This document shows positions 53,833 through 64,000 of a stretch of 64,000 nt of DNA, piece after piece. The notes beneath the pieces are model-generated. The model made no database searches. It had not been told where the DNA came from and saw only the letters and a program-made list of their open reading frames with translations. Numbering within the stretch: the stretch's first letter is position 1; each line of letters starts with the position of its first letter. The stretch comes from Kofleriaceae bacterium (GTDB lineage Bacteria > Myxococcota_A > Polyangia > Haliangiales > Haliangiaceae): positions 2,566 through 66,565 of the forward strand of contig JABFXX010000065.1 in the NCBI GenBank assembly GCA_013368795.1. Reading direction: 5' to 3'. Both the position numbers and the translations under genes were made by a program.

Positions 53833-54327
53833 CTAGAAGAAGTAGTAGTGGAGACCGCCGCCGATCGTCTGACCGGTGACGTCCACACCACTCGCATCGA
53901 CGACGCCGATCGAGAGACCGACGTTCGCGCTCACCGCGACGTTCGACGCGAGGAAGACGCGCAGCTGCACGCCCGGCTCGATGAAGACGCCCGTGTCGCG
54001 CGCCTCGGGGTCAGCCGGCGTCGGACCCGGCACGTTGACGACGCTGAACGAGCCGCCGACGCCGAAGTCGGACATCGCGGTCGAGTGCACGTGGTAGTAG
54101 AAGCGCGCACCGAGGTCGAACTCGGTGTTGTCGTCACCTTCGGGATCGTGGAATCCGAGGAAGCCGCCGACATGGAAGTCGCCGGCGTCGTAGTTGACGG
54201 AAGCGCCGCCGAATCCGCTGAGCTGGAACTCTGCGCCGACGCCGAGCGAGCCCGGCGAACCGCCGGCCGCGGCAACTCCCGACGCACCCATGATCAATAG
54301 ACTAGCAAGCATGGTGTTCTTCAACAT
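53833..54327 (-). CDS. Small outer-membrane beta-barrel protein
   Basis: Start 'MLKNTMLASLLIMGASGVAAA'. Alternating Gly/aromatic beta-strand pattern. C-terminal 'GGGLHYYFF'. Confidence 0.7.
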   Translation of the reverse strand: MLKNTMLASLLIMGASGVAAAGGSPGSLGVGAEFQLSGFGGASVNYDAGDFHVGGFLGFHDPEGDDNTEFDLGARFYYHVHSTAMSDFGVGGSFSVVNVPGPTPADPEARDTGVFIEPGVQLRVFLASNVAVSANVGLSIGVVDASGVDVTGQTIGGGLHYYFF

Positions 54328-54375
54328 GGGCGCATGCTCACCCGACAAAAACCGGTAATCAAGTAAGCTGCTCCC

Positions 54376-55392
54376 GTGATCGCGCCCGAGCTCGAGCTTC
54401 ATGATCTCGATGCCCGACACTGGCGAAATGGTTGGCGTCTGCTGGTGCCACCCCGTGTGATGAATCACCCAAAGTGGGCGCTGGTGATCGTCGACGGCGG
54501 ACCGACAAACGTCGTGAAAGTGATCGTCGCCGGCGAAGGTGCACGCGGCACGCTCGACCCCGCGCCGCCGCTCACCGGTGTGACGCCTGCCGCACTCGAG
54601 GCGTACGCCAAGGCGCTCGGCGTGCATTCGGTGCTCGTCCTCGACAAGCGCGCGATCGCGGAGCTGTCATCGGAGATCGAGGCGGCGCTGAAGTTCGATC
54701 ACGACGGCGCCTCGCAGGGCCTGACGGCGCTGCGGGTGCTGAAGAAGCACGCCGGCAAGGGCATCTGGACCGAGCCCTCGCTGCTCGACATCCTGCCGGC
54801 GCCGCATGCCGAGCCGATCCAGCGCACGTTCGATCTGCTCGTCCCCGACCGCACCGCGCTGGCTGCGTACGTCATCGACGACGATCGTTCGAAGATCCAC
54901 ACGTCGATCATCGCGGTGAAGGAAGGCGGCCAGATCACGCGTGCCGCGCAGCACCGCGCGATCGCCGACCTCGTGTCGGAGACCGCGTTCGCGCGCGACT
55001 GGGAGAAGAGCACCAAGCGCGTGCAGAGCGCGATCGAGGAGAGGTTCGCGAAGCCGTCGATCGCGCTGTTCCTCGAGCGCGCGACGCTGATGAAGATCCT
55101 GACCGGGCCGAGCGATCAGCTCGCGCGCGAGCTCAACGCCAAGCGCGTGATCATCGATCCCGCGCCCGCCTGGCTGCTCGGGTTGCTCGGCGGTGCAGCG
55201 GTCGCCGCGATGGCCGGCCGCGCAGGTCGCGCGCTCGCCGCGATGCTGCCCGAGTCGGCGCGGCAGCGGGCGTCGTCGTTCGCGCATCGCGCGCAGGGCG
55301 CACTCAAGGACTCGGGTGCGCATCCGTTCGCGCTGCTCGGTTTCGATCCGATCGAGCTGTGGTCGCGCGTGAAGCACCACTACCGCACTTAA
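54376..55392 (+). CDS. Hypothetical protein with one C-terminal hydrophobic helix
   Basis: 338-aa ORF, GTG start, GC3-consistent. 'PAPAWLLGLLGGAAVAAMAG'. No recognisable motif. Confidence 0.5.
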   Translation: MIAPELELHDLDARHWRNGWRLLVPPRVMNHPKWALVIVDGGPTNVVKVIVAGEGARGTLDPAPPLTGVTPAALEAYAKALGVHSVLVLDKRAIAELSSEIEAALKFDHDGASQGLTALRVLKKHAGKGIWTEPSLLDILPAPHAEPIQRTFDLLVPDRTALAAYVIDDDRSKIHTSIIAVKEGGQITRAAQHRAIADLVSETAFARDWEKSTKRVQSAIEERFAKPSIALFLERATLMKILTGPSDQLARELNAKRVIIDPAPAWLLGLLGGAAVAAMAGRAGRALAAMLPESARQRASSFAHRAQGALKDSGAHPFALLGFDPIELWSRVKHHYRT

Positions 55393-56000
55393 TCCGTCCG
55401 CAGCGTCTCCTGCGTGCTCGACAGCGGATCGCTCGGGGTGTGCTCGAGGAGGCCGTCGAGCTCGGCGTAGCGATCGCCACAGCGCGTGCACTTCATGTCG
55501 GCGGGAAGCGTCTCGCCACACGCGCAGACCCAGCCGATGCGACGGCCCGGCGCGCCGACGACGAGCGCGTGCGGCGGAACGTCCGCGGTGACGACCGCGC
55601 CCGCACCGATCATCGCGTACTCGCCGATCGTGACGCCCGAGACGATCGTCGCGTTCGCCCCGATCGTCGCGCCCTTGCACACGAGCGTGCGCGCGTATTC
55701 GCTCTTGCGCTGGACGTGCGCGCGAGGATGCTTGACGTTGGTGAACACGCACGACGGGCCGAGGAACACATCGTCCTCGAGCGTCACGCCCTCGTAGATC
55801 GAGACGTTGTTCTGGATCCGGCAGCCGTGACCGATGCGGACCTTGCCGATGTAGCAGCCCTGGCCGATCACGCAGCGGTTGCCGATCCACGCGCCCGCCA
55901 TCACGTGCGTGAAGTGCCAGATCCGGGTGTCCGCGCCGACGTGCGTGTTGGGACCGTCGACGATCGCGGTCGGATGGATGGCCTGGTCCGGACGAGACAT
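55389..56000 (-). CDS. Left-handed beta-helix (hexapeptide) sugar N-acetyltransferase, WbpD/WlbB-like, with C-terminal Cys4 ribbon
   Basis: Start 'MSRPDQAIHPTAIVD'. Hexapeptide turns through 'IGANATIVSGVTIGEYAMIGAGAVV'. 'WVCACGETLPADMKCTRCG'. Confidence 0.8.
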   Translation of the reverse strand: MSRPDQAIHPTAIVDGPNTHVGADTRIWHFTHVMAGAWIGNRCVIGQGCYIGKVRIGHGCRIQNNVSIYEGVTLEDDVFLGPSCVFTNVKHPRAHVQRKSEYARTLVCKGATIGANATIVSGVTIGEYAMIGAGAVVTADVPPHALVVGAPGRRIGWVCACGETLPADMKCTRCGDRYAELDGLLEHTPSDPLSSTQETLRTD

Positions 56001-56010
56001 CGGCGATAGG

Positions 56011-56898
56011 ATGCGCGAAACCGTGCCCAAGCGTCCACCCCGTGTCGATCGCGAGCTGCCGCTGCCGCGCGACCTGCGCAAGCCGGGACCGACGCGCGCG
56101 CACAAGGACGCGCTCGGCGAGCTGTGGCACACCGACGCGCTCGAGCTCCTCGGCAAGCTTCCCGATCGCAGCGTCGATCTCGTCGTCACCGACCCGCCGT
56201 ATGCGATCGCGAAGGAGGACTGGGACGAGTTCGAATCACTCGAGGTCTATGTCGAGTGGTGCGATCGCTGGCTCGCCGAGGTCGCGCGCGTGCTCGCGCC
56301 GCATGGCTCGGCGTACGTCTGCGGGTTCTCGGAGATCCTCGCCGACGTCAAGGCGAGGAGCGCGAAGCGATTCGCCGGCTGTCGCTGGCTCGTCTGGTAC
56401 TACCGCAACAAGGCGAACCTCGGCCGCGACTGGGGCCGCTCGCACGAATCGATCATCCACCTGCGCGGCGAGGACGCGAAGCTCGATGTCGACGCCGTGC
56501 GCGTGCCGTACAACGGCCACACGACCCGCTATCCCGCGCGCGTGCAGGCGGTGAACTCGCAGTACGGCCGCGGCGTGCGGCGCGATCGCTGGGAGCCGCA
56601 TCCGCTCGGCGCGAAGCCTCGCGACGTGATCGAGGTGCCGGTGATCTGCAACGGCATGGCCGAGAAGACGCCGCACGCGACGCAGAAGCCCGAGGCGCTG
56701 ATCGAGAAGCTGATCCTCGCATCGAGTGCGCCCGGTCAGCTTGTCGTCGATCCCTTCGTCGGCTCGGGCACGACCGCGGTCGTCGCGGCGAAGCTGGGCC
56801 GAAAATGGCTCGCGGGCGATGCCGACGCGAGATACGTCGGACTCGCCCGCGATAGGTTGACCGGAACTACAGTCGCGGCTGCAGCCCCATCTCCTTGA
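56011..56898 (+). CDS. Beta-class DNA methyltransferase (N6-adenine/N4-cytosine family, DPPY type), orphan
   Basis: 'LVVTDPPYAI' (motif IV) precedes 'HATQKPEALIEKLI' and 'DPFVGSGTTAVVA' (motif I). ATG 56011 or GTG 56023. Confidence 0.85.
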   Translation: MRETVPKRPPRVDRELPLPRDLRKPGPTRAHKDALGELWHTDALELLGKLPDRSVDLVVTDPPYAIAKEDWDEFESLEVYVEWCDRWLAEVARVLAPHGSAYVCGFSEILADVKARSAKRFAGCRWLVWYYRNKANLGRDWGRSHESIIHLRGEDAKLDVDAVRVPYNGHTTRYPARVQAVNSQYGRGVRRDRWEPHPLGAKPRDVIEVPVICNGMAEKTPHATQKPEALIEKLILASSAPGQLVVDPFVGSGTTAVVAAKLGRKWLAGDADARYVGLARDRLTGTTVAAAAPSP

Positions 56899-59161
56899 CG
56901 AGATGGTCGGCGCCGTCGACGGTGTCCATCAGCCAGATCATGTAGCGCGCGTCGACGTGGATCGTGCGCGTCGTGGTCGGGTTGAACACGACGTCAGACG
57001 CGTTGCCTTCCTTCGTACCGTCGAACGCGAGGCCGACGAGCTCGCCCTTCTCGTTGAGCGTCGGCGAGCCCGAGTTGCCGTTGGTGATGTCGAGGTCGCT
57101 GAGGAAGCAGACCGGGAGGTCGCCGCCGAGCGTGGCATCCGCGTACGGACCGAACTTCTTCGCCTTGATCGCGTCGAGCTCGTTCTTCGGCGCGTCGAAC
57201 GGCTCGGTGCCGGTGTTCTTCGCGAGGATCTGCGTCGCCGTCGTGAACGGCACGTCGGCCGGGTCCTTCGACTCGGGCTTGAACGACTTCACCGTGCCGT
57301 AGGTGATGCGCAGCGTCGAGTTCGCGTCCGACGACAGCACGCCGCCGAGCACCTGCTTCATCGCGTCGGCGTAGTACGGCGTGACGAGCAGCAGCTCGCC
57401 CTCGCGCGCGTCGTCCTTCTTCTCCTCGGCCTTCACGGTCGGCCACAGGCGCTGCGCGGCCTTCACGAACGGATCCTTCGAAGCCTTCAGCTGCTTCGTC
57501 GTGCCCTTCTGCTGGAGCTCGGTGCGCAGCTTCTCGTCCTCGAGCGTCGTCGCCTTGTACCAGGCGTCGAGCGTCTTATCGATCAGCGCCTCGTCGATCT
57601 TCTGGCCCTTCTTCGCGTCGAGCAGCGTCGCGAGCCACGGGCGATCCGCCTCGGGCAGCTGCAGCGCGCGGACGAGCTGGAGGCGGAAGCCCTCGCGATC
57701 GAGCGTGCGGTCGAACGTGCGCGCGAACGACTTCTGGCCGGCGAGCGCGCGCGGCATGTCGCGATCCTGGAAGCCGGGCTTGCGATCCTCGTTCTTCTTG
57801 CCGCGCTCCTCGGCCCAGCGCGTGAGGTTGAGCGACGTGCTGAGCAGCTTGCTGCCGCCGAACGCCGCCTCGCGATCGAAGTCGACGCGCGCCGTGCGGA
57901 ACTCGTCGGCGAGGAGCTGCTCGAGCTTGTCGATCGCGGTCTTGTACTCCTCGTGGCCGGGCTGCGCCGCCCACGCCTTCACCTTGGCGTCGAGCTCGTC
58001 CTTCTGCGCGACGAGGTTGCCCTTCTTGAGGCCCTCGAGCAGACCCTCGTACTTCTCGACGTAGTTCTGCACGCCCTGCTTCATGGTCGTCGCCTTGATC
58101 GCAGTCTCGTTCTTGTCGCCGATGTGCGACTCGGCGAGCTTGTACCTCTCCTGCAGCGACGCGAGCGTGTACGGCAGCTCCCACTCGACGGAGTGGTGGA
58201 TCTCCGAGGCCGTCTTCGTGCGGCTCGTGCGACCGGGATAGCCGGTGACCATGACGAAGTCGCCGGGCTTCAGGCCCTCGGTCGTGACCTTCAGCCAGTG
58301 CTTCGGCTTGAACGGCACGTTGTCGGGCGAGTACTCGGCCGGCTTGCCGTCCTTGCCGACGTACGCGCGATAGAACGAGAAGTCACCGGTGTGGCGCGGC
58401 CACGCCCAGTTGTCGATCTCGCCGCCGTAGTTGCCGACCGCGCGGTGCGGCACGTAGACGAGGCGCACGTCCTTGATCTCGAGCATCTCGATCAGCTGGT
58501 ACATGCCGCCGCGGAAGAAGCTCGACACCTGGCAGCGCATCCACGGGCGATCCTTCTCGCACGCCGCGATCTGCTGCTTGAGCCGCTTCTCCGACTCGTC
58601 CTTGCGCGCGACCGGATCCTTGATCTTGTCGAGGCCGTCGCGCATCTCCTTCGTGATGTCCTTGTAGGCCTGGACGACCATCACGCGCTGCGTGGGCCCG
58701 CCCGACAGCTCCTCCTCGCGCGTCTTCGCGAGGAAGCCGTTCTCGACGAGGTTCGACTCGGGCTTGCTGTTGTACTGGAGCGCACCCTGCACGCAGTGGT
58801 GGTTCGTGACCACGAGACCGTCAGGCGACACGAGCGAGCCCGTACAGCCGTTCAGCTGGACGATCGCGGCGAGCGGCTCCTCGAGCGGCCGCGCGAGGAC
58901 CTCGGAGCCCATCGCGACGCCCATCTTCTTGAACGTCTCGACGTGCTGCGGAAGCGTCATCTGAGCCGGCATCCACATGCCGCCCGGGTTCGAGTACGAC
59001 AGCCGGAACGCGAGGTTCGGATCCGCCGCCGACGTCGCAGGCGTCCCGGTCGTCTGATCGGTGTTCGTCGCATGCGTCGAGCCGAGCTCGGGCGCCACCG
59101 GCTTGTTGCCGCCGCCGCATCCCGCGACGAGGGCTGCGCACAGGAGTGCATTCCTCTTCAT
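56867..59161 (-). CDS. S46-family dipeptidyl-peptidase (DPP7/DPP11-like), lipoprotein
   Basis: 'LLCAALVAGCGG'. 'GCTGSLVSPDGLVVTNHHC' (His), 'ITNGNSGSPTLNEKGELVGLAFDG' (Ser). Confidence 0.85.
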   Translation of the reverse strand: MKRNALLCAALVAGCGGGNKPVAPELGSTHATNTDQTTGTPATSAADPNLAFRLSYSNPGGMWMPAQMTLPQHVETFKKMGVAMGSEVLARPLEEPLAAIVQLNGCTGSLVSPDGLVVTNHHCVQGALQYNSKPESNLVENGFLAKTREEELSGGPTQRVMVVQAYKDITKEMRDGLDKIKDPVARKDESEKRLKQQIAACEKDRPWMRCQVSSFFRGGMYQLIEMLEIKDVRLVYVPHRAVGNYGGEIDNWAWPRHTGDFSFYRAYVGKDGKPAEYSPDNVPFKPKHWLKVTTEGLKPGDFVMVTGYPGRTSRTKTASEIHHSVEWELPYTLASLQERYKLAESHIGDKNETAIKATTMKQGVQNYVEKYEGLLEGLKKGNLVAQKDELDAKVKAWAAQPGHEEYKTAIDKLEQLLADEFRTARVDFDREAAFGGSKLLSTSLNLTRWAEERGKKNEDRKPGFQDRDMPRALAGQKSFARTFDRTLDREGFRLQLVRALQLPEADRPWLATLLDAKKGQKIDEALIDKTLDAWYKATTLEDEKLRTELQQKGTTKQLKASKDPFVKAAQRLWPTVKAEEKKDDAREGELLLVTPYYADAMKQVLGGVLSSDANSTLRITYGTVKSFKPESKDPADVPFTTATQILAKNTGTEPFDAPKNELDAIKAKKFGPYADATLGGDLPVCFLSDLDITNGNSGSPTLNEKGELVGLAFDGTKEGNASDVVFNPTTTRTIHVDARYMIWLMDTVDGADHLVKEMGLQPRL

Positions 59162-59334
59162 GCGCGCGATCTACCACAGGATCTTCCGCAGTCAGGCCAC
59201 ACGGCCGCTGACACGGACGCGACCTCGCGTGGCAGGACAGGGTGCGACAGCTACGGGGCAACCGCTGCGAAATGCCCCGAGCCCTCAGTCATCCGCGAGT
59301 CCTTCGCGGCCAAGGTGCGCGCGATCCCATGCCC

Positions 59335-61416
<2,082 letters not shown>

Positions 61417-61453
61417 TCGGTGACGTGCGACTCCCGTCTGCTACGATGCCGGC

Positions 61454-61993
61454 GTGGATCGCTACGCCGCGCTCGTCGATGCGTTGCGCGCCGAGATCCC
61501 GGGCTTCCGGATCGTGAAGAAGCAGGACTCGCGCTTTCACCGCGCGATCCACCACGCGCTCGTGGTCGTCACGTTTGGCCGGATGCGCAGCTATCTCGAC
61601 TCGTTCCAGACGACGATCGGCAAGACGGTCTACGTCACCGCGGACTGGGACGACTGGGACGCCGACGCCCGCTACGTCACGCTCCGCCACGAGGCGGTCC
61701 ACCTCCGGCAATTTCGCAGGTACACGCTGCCGGTGATGGCGGTGCTCTACGTGCTGCTGCCGCTCCCGACGGGGCTGGCCTATTTTCGCGCCCGGTTCGA
61801 GATGGAGGCCTACGCCGAGACGATCCGGGCCGCCGCCGAGGTCTACGGTCCTGCGCACGTCCGCACGGAGCGGCACCGCAAGTATGTGATCGACCAGTTC
61901 ATGGGGCCGTCCTACGGCTGGATGTGGCCGTTCCGACGAAGCCTCGAACGTTGGTACGACCGAATCTTGGCTACGATCGGCCCGCGAAGATAA
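61454..61993 (+). CDS. Small HExxH-motif protein (putative metallopeptidase-like), unknown family
   Basis: 179 aa, GTG start. 'TLRHEAVHLRQF', followed by a hydrophobic stretch and 'FEMEAYAE'. Confidence 0.5.
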   Translation: MDRYAALVDALRAEIPGFRIVKKQDSRFHRAIHHALVVVTFGRMRSYLDSFQTTIGKTVYVTADWDDWDADARYVTLRHEAVHLRQFRRYTLPVMAVLYVLLPLPTGLAYFRARFEMEAYAETIRAAAEVYGPAHVRTERHRKYVIDQFMGPSYGWMWPFRRSLERWYDRILATIGPRR

Positions 61994-62008
61994 GCTGGAG
62001 ATCTCGAC

Positions 62009-64000
62009 GTGAGCGACCCCATCGTAGGCATCGACCTGGGCACATCGAACACGGTGATCGCCCATACCGACGCCAGTGGTGCGACCGCTGTCCTCGCCGA
62101 CGCCAACAGCTACAAGATCCATCCCTCGGTCGTGTCGTTTCACCCGAGCGGCGGTGTCGTCGTCGGCGCGCCCGCGAAGCAGCGCAAGGTCATCGACCCG
62201 AAGAACACGATCTTCAGCGTCAAGCGCCTGATCGGCCGCAGTTTCAACTCGCCCGAGGTCCAGACCGCGCGCCAGCGCATGCCGTATCAGATCAAGGAAG
62301 GCGCGAACCAGGCGCCCGTCGTCGTCACGCGCGGCGGCGAGTTCGCGGTGCCCGAGATCTCGGCGATCGTCCTCGATCACGCGCGCAACGTTGCGAGCAT
62401 GGCGCTCGGCCGCGAGGTCTCGCGCGCGGTCGTCACCGTGCCGGCGAGCTTCAACGACGCGCAGCGCTCGGCGACCGCGACCGCGGGCTCGATCGGCGGC
62501 CTCACCATCGTGCGCGTGCTCAACGAGCCGACGGCCGCTGCGCTCGCGTACGGCGCGACGCGCAACCTCAAGGAGACGATCGCGGTCTACGACTTCGGCG
62601 GCGGCACGTTCGACATCACGATCCTCCGCCTCGAAGATCAGGTCTACAGCGTGCTCGGCACCGCCGGTAACACGTTCCTGGGCGGCGACGATCTCGACGA
62701 GCGCCTGGTCGATCGCATGGTCGAGAAGTTCCTCGTCGAGAACCGCGTCGATCTGCGCACGAACGAGGTCTCGATGATGCGCCTGCGCGCGGTCGCGGAG
62801 CAGACGAAGATCGAGCTGTCGCGGCGCTCGCGTGCGGTCGTACGCGTCGACGAGATCGCGTACGGCCCGAAGGGCAAGCCGCTCGATCTGCAGATCGAGA
62901 TCCGCCGCGACGAGTTCGTCGGCCAGGTCGCCGACATCATCGACCGCACGTTCCCGGTGTGCAGCGAGGCGCTGAACTACGCCGGATTGTCGGTCGACGA
63001 CATCAACGACGTCATCCTCGTCGGCGGCACGACGAAGATCCCGTACGTCCGCGATCAGGTCGCCAGGTTCTTCAACAAGGCGCCGCGCACGGACGTCAAT
63101 CCCGAGGAGGCCGTCGCAGCCGGCGCCGCGCTCCAGGCGACCGCGCTCCAGCGCGTGCTTCGGCGGCGGTCGTCGCAGGTACCGGCCGCATCGTTCGAGG
63201 AGGCCACCGATACCAAGACGTTCGGTGGCGAGGACTCGTCGGTCACCGAGGTCCCGGTCCCGCAGGCCGATCTACTCGAGCTCGTGCCCGGCGCGCCGGG
63301 CCGCGCGAAGCGCACGACGTCGGGCTACGAGCAGGTCCGGCGGCCGAACGAGGCGCCCGAGCGCTACACGCTGAAGGGCCAGCATCACGACAAGTTCGAG
63401 GAGCGCACACCGGCGACAAATCCCGTCGTCGCGCCGGGCGCACAGCCGGTGATCGGCCGGATGACGAAGACACAGCCGGCCAAGACCTCGCTCGGCATTC
63501 CGATCGTGCAGATGCCGCCGACGCCTCCGTCGGGCAAGACGACGTCGCCCGGCGTGCAGGCTCAGCGTCCGCCGATTCCGCCAGCGCAGCGGCCCCAGAC
63601 CGGCGCGATGCCGCCGGTGCGCCCGCAGACCGGCGCGATGCCGACCGTGCGGCCGCCGGTGCCGGTCGCGCCGCCGCAGGCAAAGACGATCGTCGTCGAC
63701 GAGATCGCGCACGATCAGTCGGCGAGAGTCATCGTCGATCCACTCGAGACGGCGTTCTCGAACATCCCGACCGAGCAGGGCACGTTCGAGCTCGAGCCCG
63801 AGCCCTCGCCGGCGTCGACCGCGCAGGGGCTCGGTGCGTTCGCGCCCGCGCGCGCGGCAACGTCGCAACCGCTGCCGCCGCCTCCGCCGGCACCGCCCGC
63901 GCAGACAATGTACGGCCAGGCGCCTGGCCCGCAGGCATTCACGCCGCCGCCGGCGCTTCCGATGATGCCCGCGCCGGCGATGCCCGCGCCTGTCGTCCTC
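62009..64000 (+). CDS. Hsp70/DnaK-like ATPase with Pro-rich tail in place of a substrate-binding domain (3' end beyond the window)
   Basis: Not in the ORF track because it has no stop in the window. Own translation from GTG 62009: 'VGIDLGTSNTVIA','VTVPASFNDAQR','DFGGGTFDITIL','ILVGGTTKIPYV','NPEEAVAAGAALQA', then about 290 aa of Pro/Ala-rich sequence. Confidence 0.8.
   Translation, partial: MSDPIVGIDLGTSNTVIAHTDASGATAVLADANSYKIHPSVVSFHPSGGVVVGAPAKQRKVIDPKNTIFSVKRLIGRSFNSPEVQTARQRMPYQIKEGANQAPVVVTRGGEFAVPEISAIVLDHARNVASMALGREVSRAVVTVPASFNDAQRSATATAGSIGGLTIVRVLNEPTAAALAYGATRNLKETIAVYDFGGGTFDITILRLEDQVYSVLGTAGNTFLGGDDLDERLVDRMVEKFLVENRVDLRTNEVSMMRLRAVAEQTKIELSRRSRAVVRVDEIAYGPKGKPLDLQIEIRRDEFVGQVADIIDRTFPVCSEALNYAGLSVDDINDVILVGGTTKIPYVRDQVARFFNKAPRTDVNPEEAVAAGAALQATALQRVLRRRSSQVPAASFEEATDTKTFGGEDSSVTEVPVPQADLLELVPGAPGRAKRTTSGYEQVRRPNEAPERYTLKGQHHDKFEERTPATNPVVAPGAQPVIGRMTKTQPAKTSLGIPIVQMPPTPPSGKTTSPGVQAQRPPIPPAQRPQTGAMPPVRPQTGAMPTVRPPVPVAPPQAKTIVVDEIAHDQSARVIVDPLETAFSNIPTEQGTFELEPEPSPASTAQGLGAFAPARAATSQPLPPPPPAPPAQTMYGQAPGPQAFTPPPALPMMPAPAMPAPVVL

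Noticed and set aside
52828-56898. Phage or plasmid remnant inferred from ParB-like gene plus DNA methyltransferase
   Set aside because: The intervening genes are an OMP, a hypothetical protein and a sugar acetyltransferase on alternating strands. There is no ParA, replication, integrase or structural gene, and no compositional break visible by eye.
62009-64000. Housekeeping dnaK
   Set aside because: There is no substrate-binding-domain signature after the NBD. No grpE or dnaJ is adjacent. The protein has a long Pro-rich tail.

Overview
GC-rich, very gene-dense chromosomal segment. I call 63 protein-coding genes, most of them on motifs I recognise by eye. I saw no rRNA, tRNA, CRISPR array, transposase, integrase or phage structural gene. 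The content includes many lipoproteins, secreted metzincin/S9/S46 peptidases, a Hanks-type kinase wired to two-component and c-di-GMP proteins, an ECF sigma fusion, YXWGXW-repeat proteins, an extra Hsp70 paralogue and two orphan DNA methyltransferases. This looks like a myxobacterial (Myxococcota) chromosome, but that taxonomic call is inference only. Many long ORFs in the supplied track are antisense or out-of-frame shadow ORFs typical of high-GC DNA, and I trimmed or rejected them. One real gene is absent from the track because it runs off the 3' edge: an Hsp70-like protein at 62009..64000. No textbook defence or mobile system is present. The best candidates for something undescribed are: (1) a five-gene signalling module at 36062..41001, with a kinase carrying a secretion-ATPase-like N-domain and an atypical catalytic loop, three receivers, two histidine-kinase-like proteins with degenerate ATP-binding motifs, and an intact EAL phosphodiesterase; it sits back-to-back with an orphan TaqI/Eco57I-like adenine methyltransferase whose promoter region holds a perfect 16-bp palindrome; (2) a translationally coupled TetR / AmpG-like MFS / prolyl-hydroxylase::WD40 operon at 25152..28454; (3) an ECF sigma factor fused to a transmembrane and extracytoplasmic domain, heading a long co-directional run of envelope genes; (4) a metzincin::ExbD-like fusion; (5) a ParB/Srx-fold protein with a histone-H1-like tail; (6) a small HExxH protein paired with an Hsp70 that lacks a substrate-binding domain. 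All functional calls rest on motif recognition and gene context, not on database searches, and start codons are best guesses.
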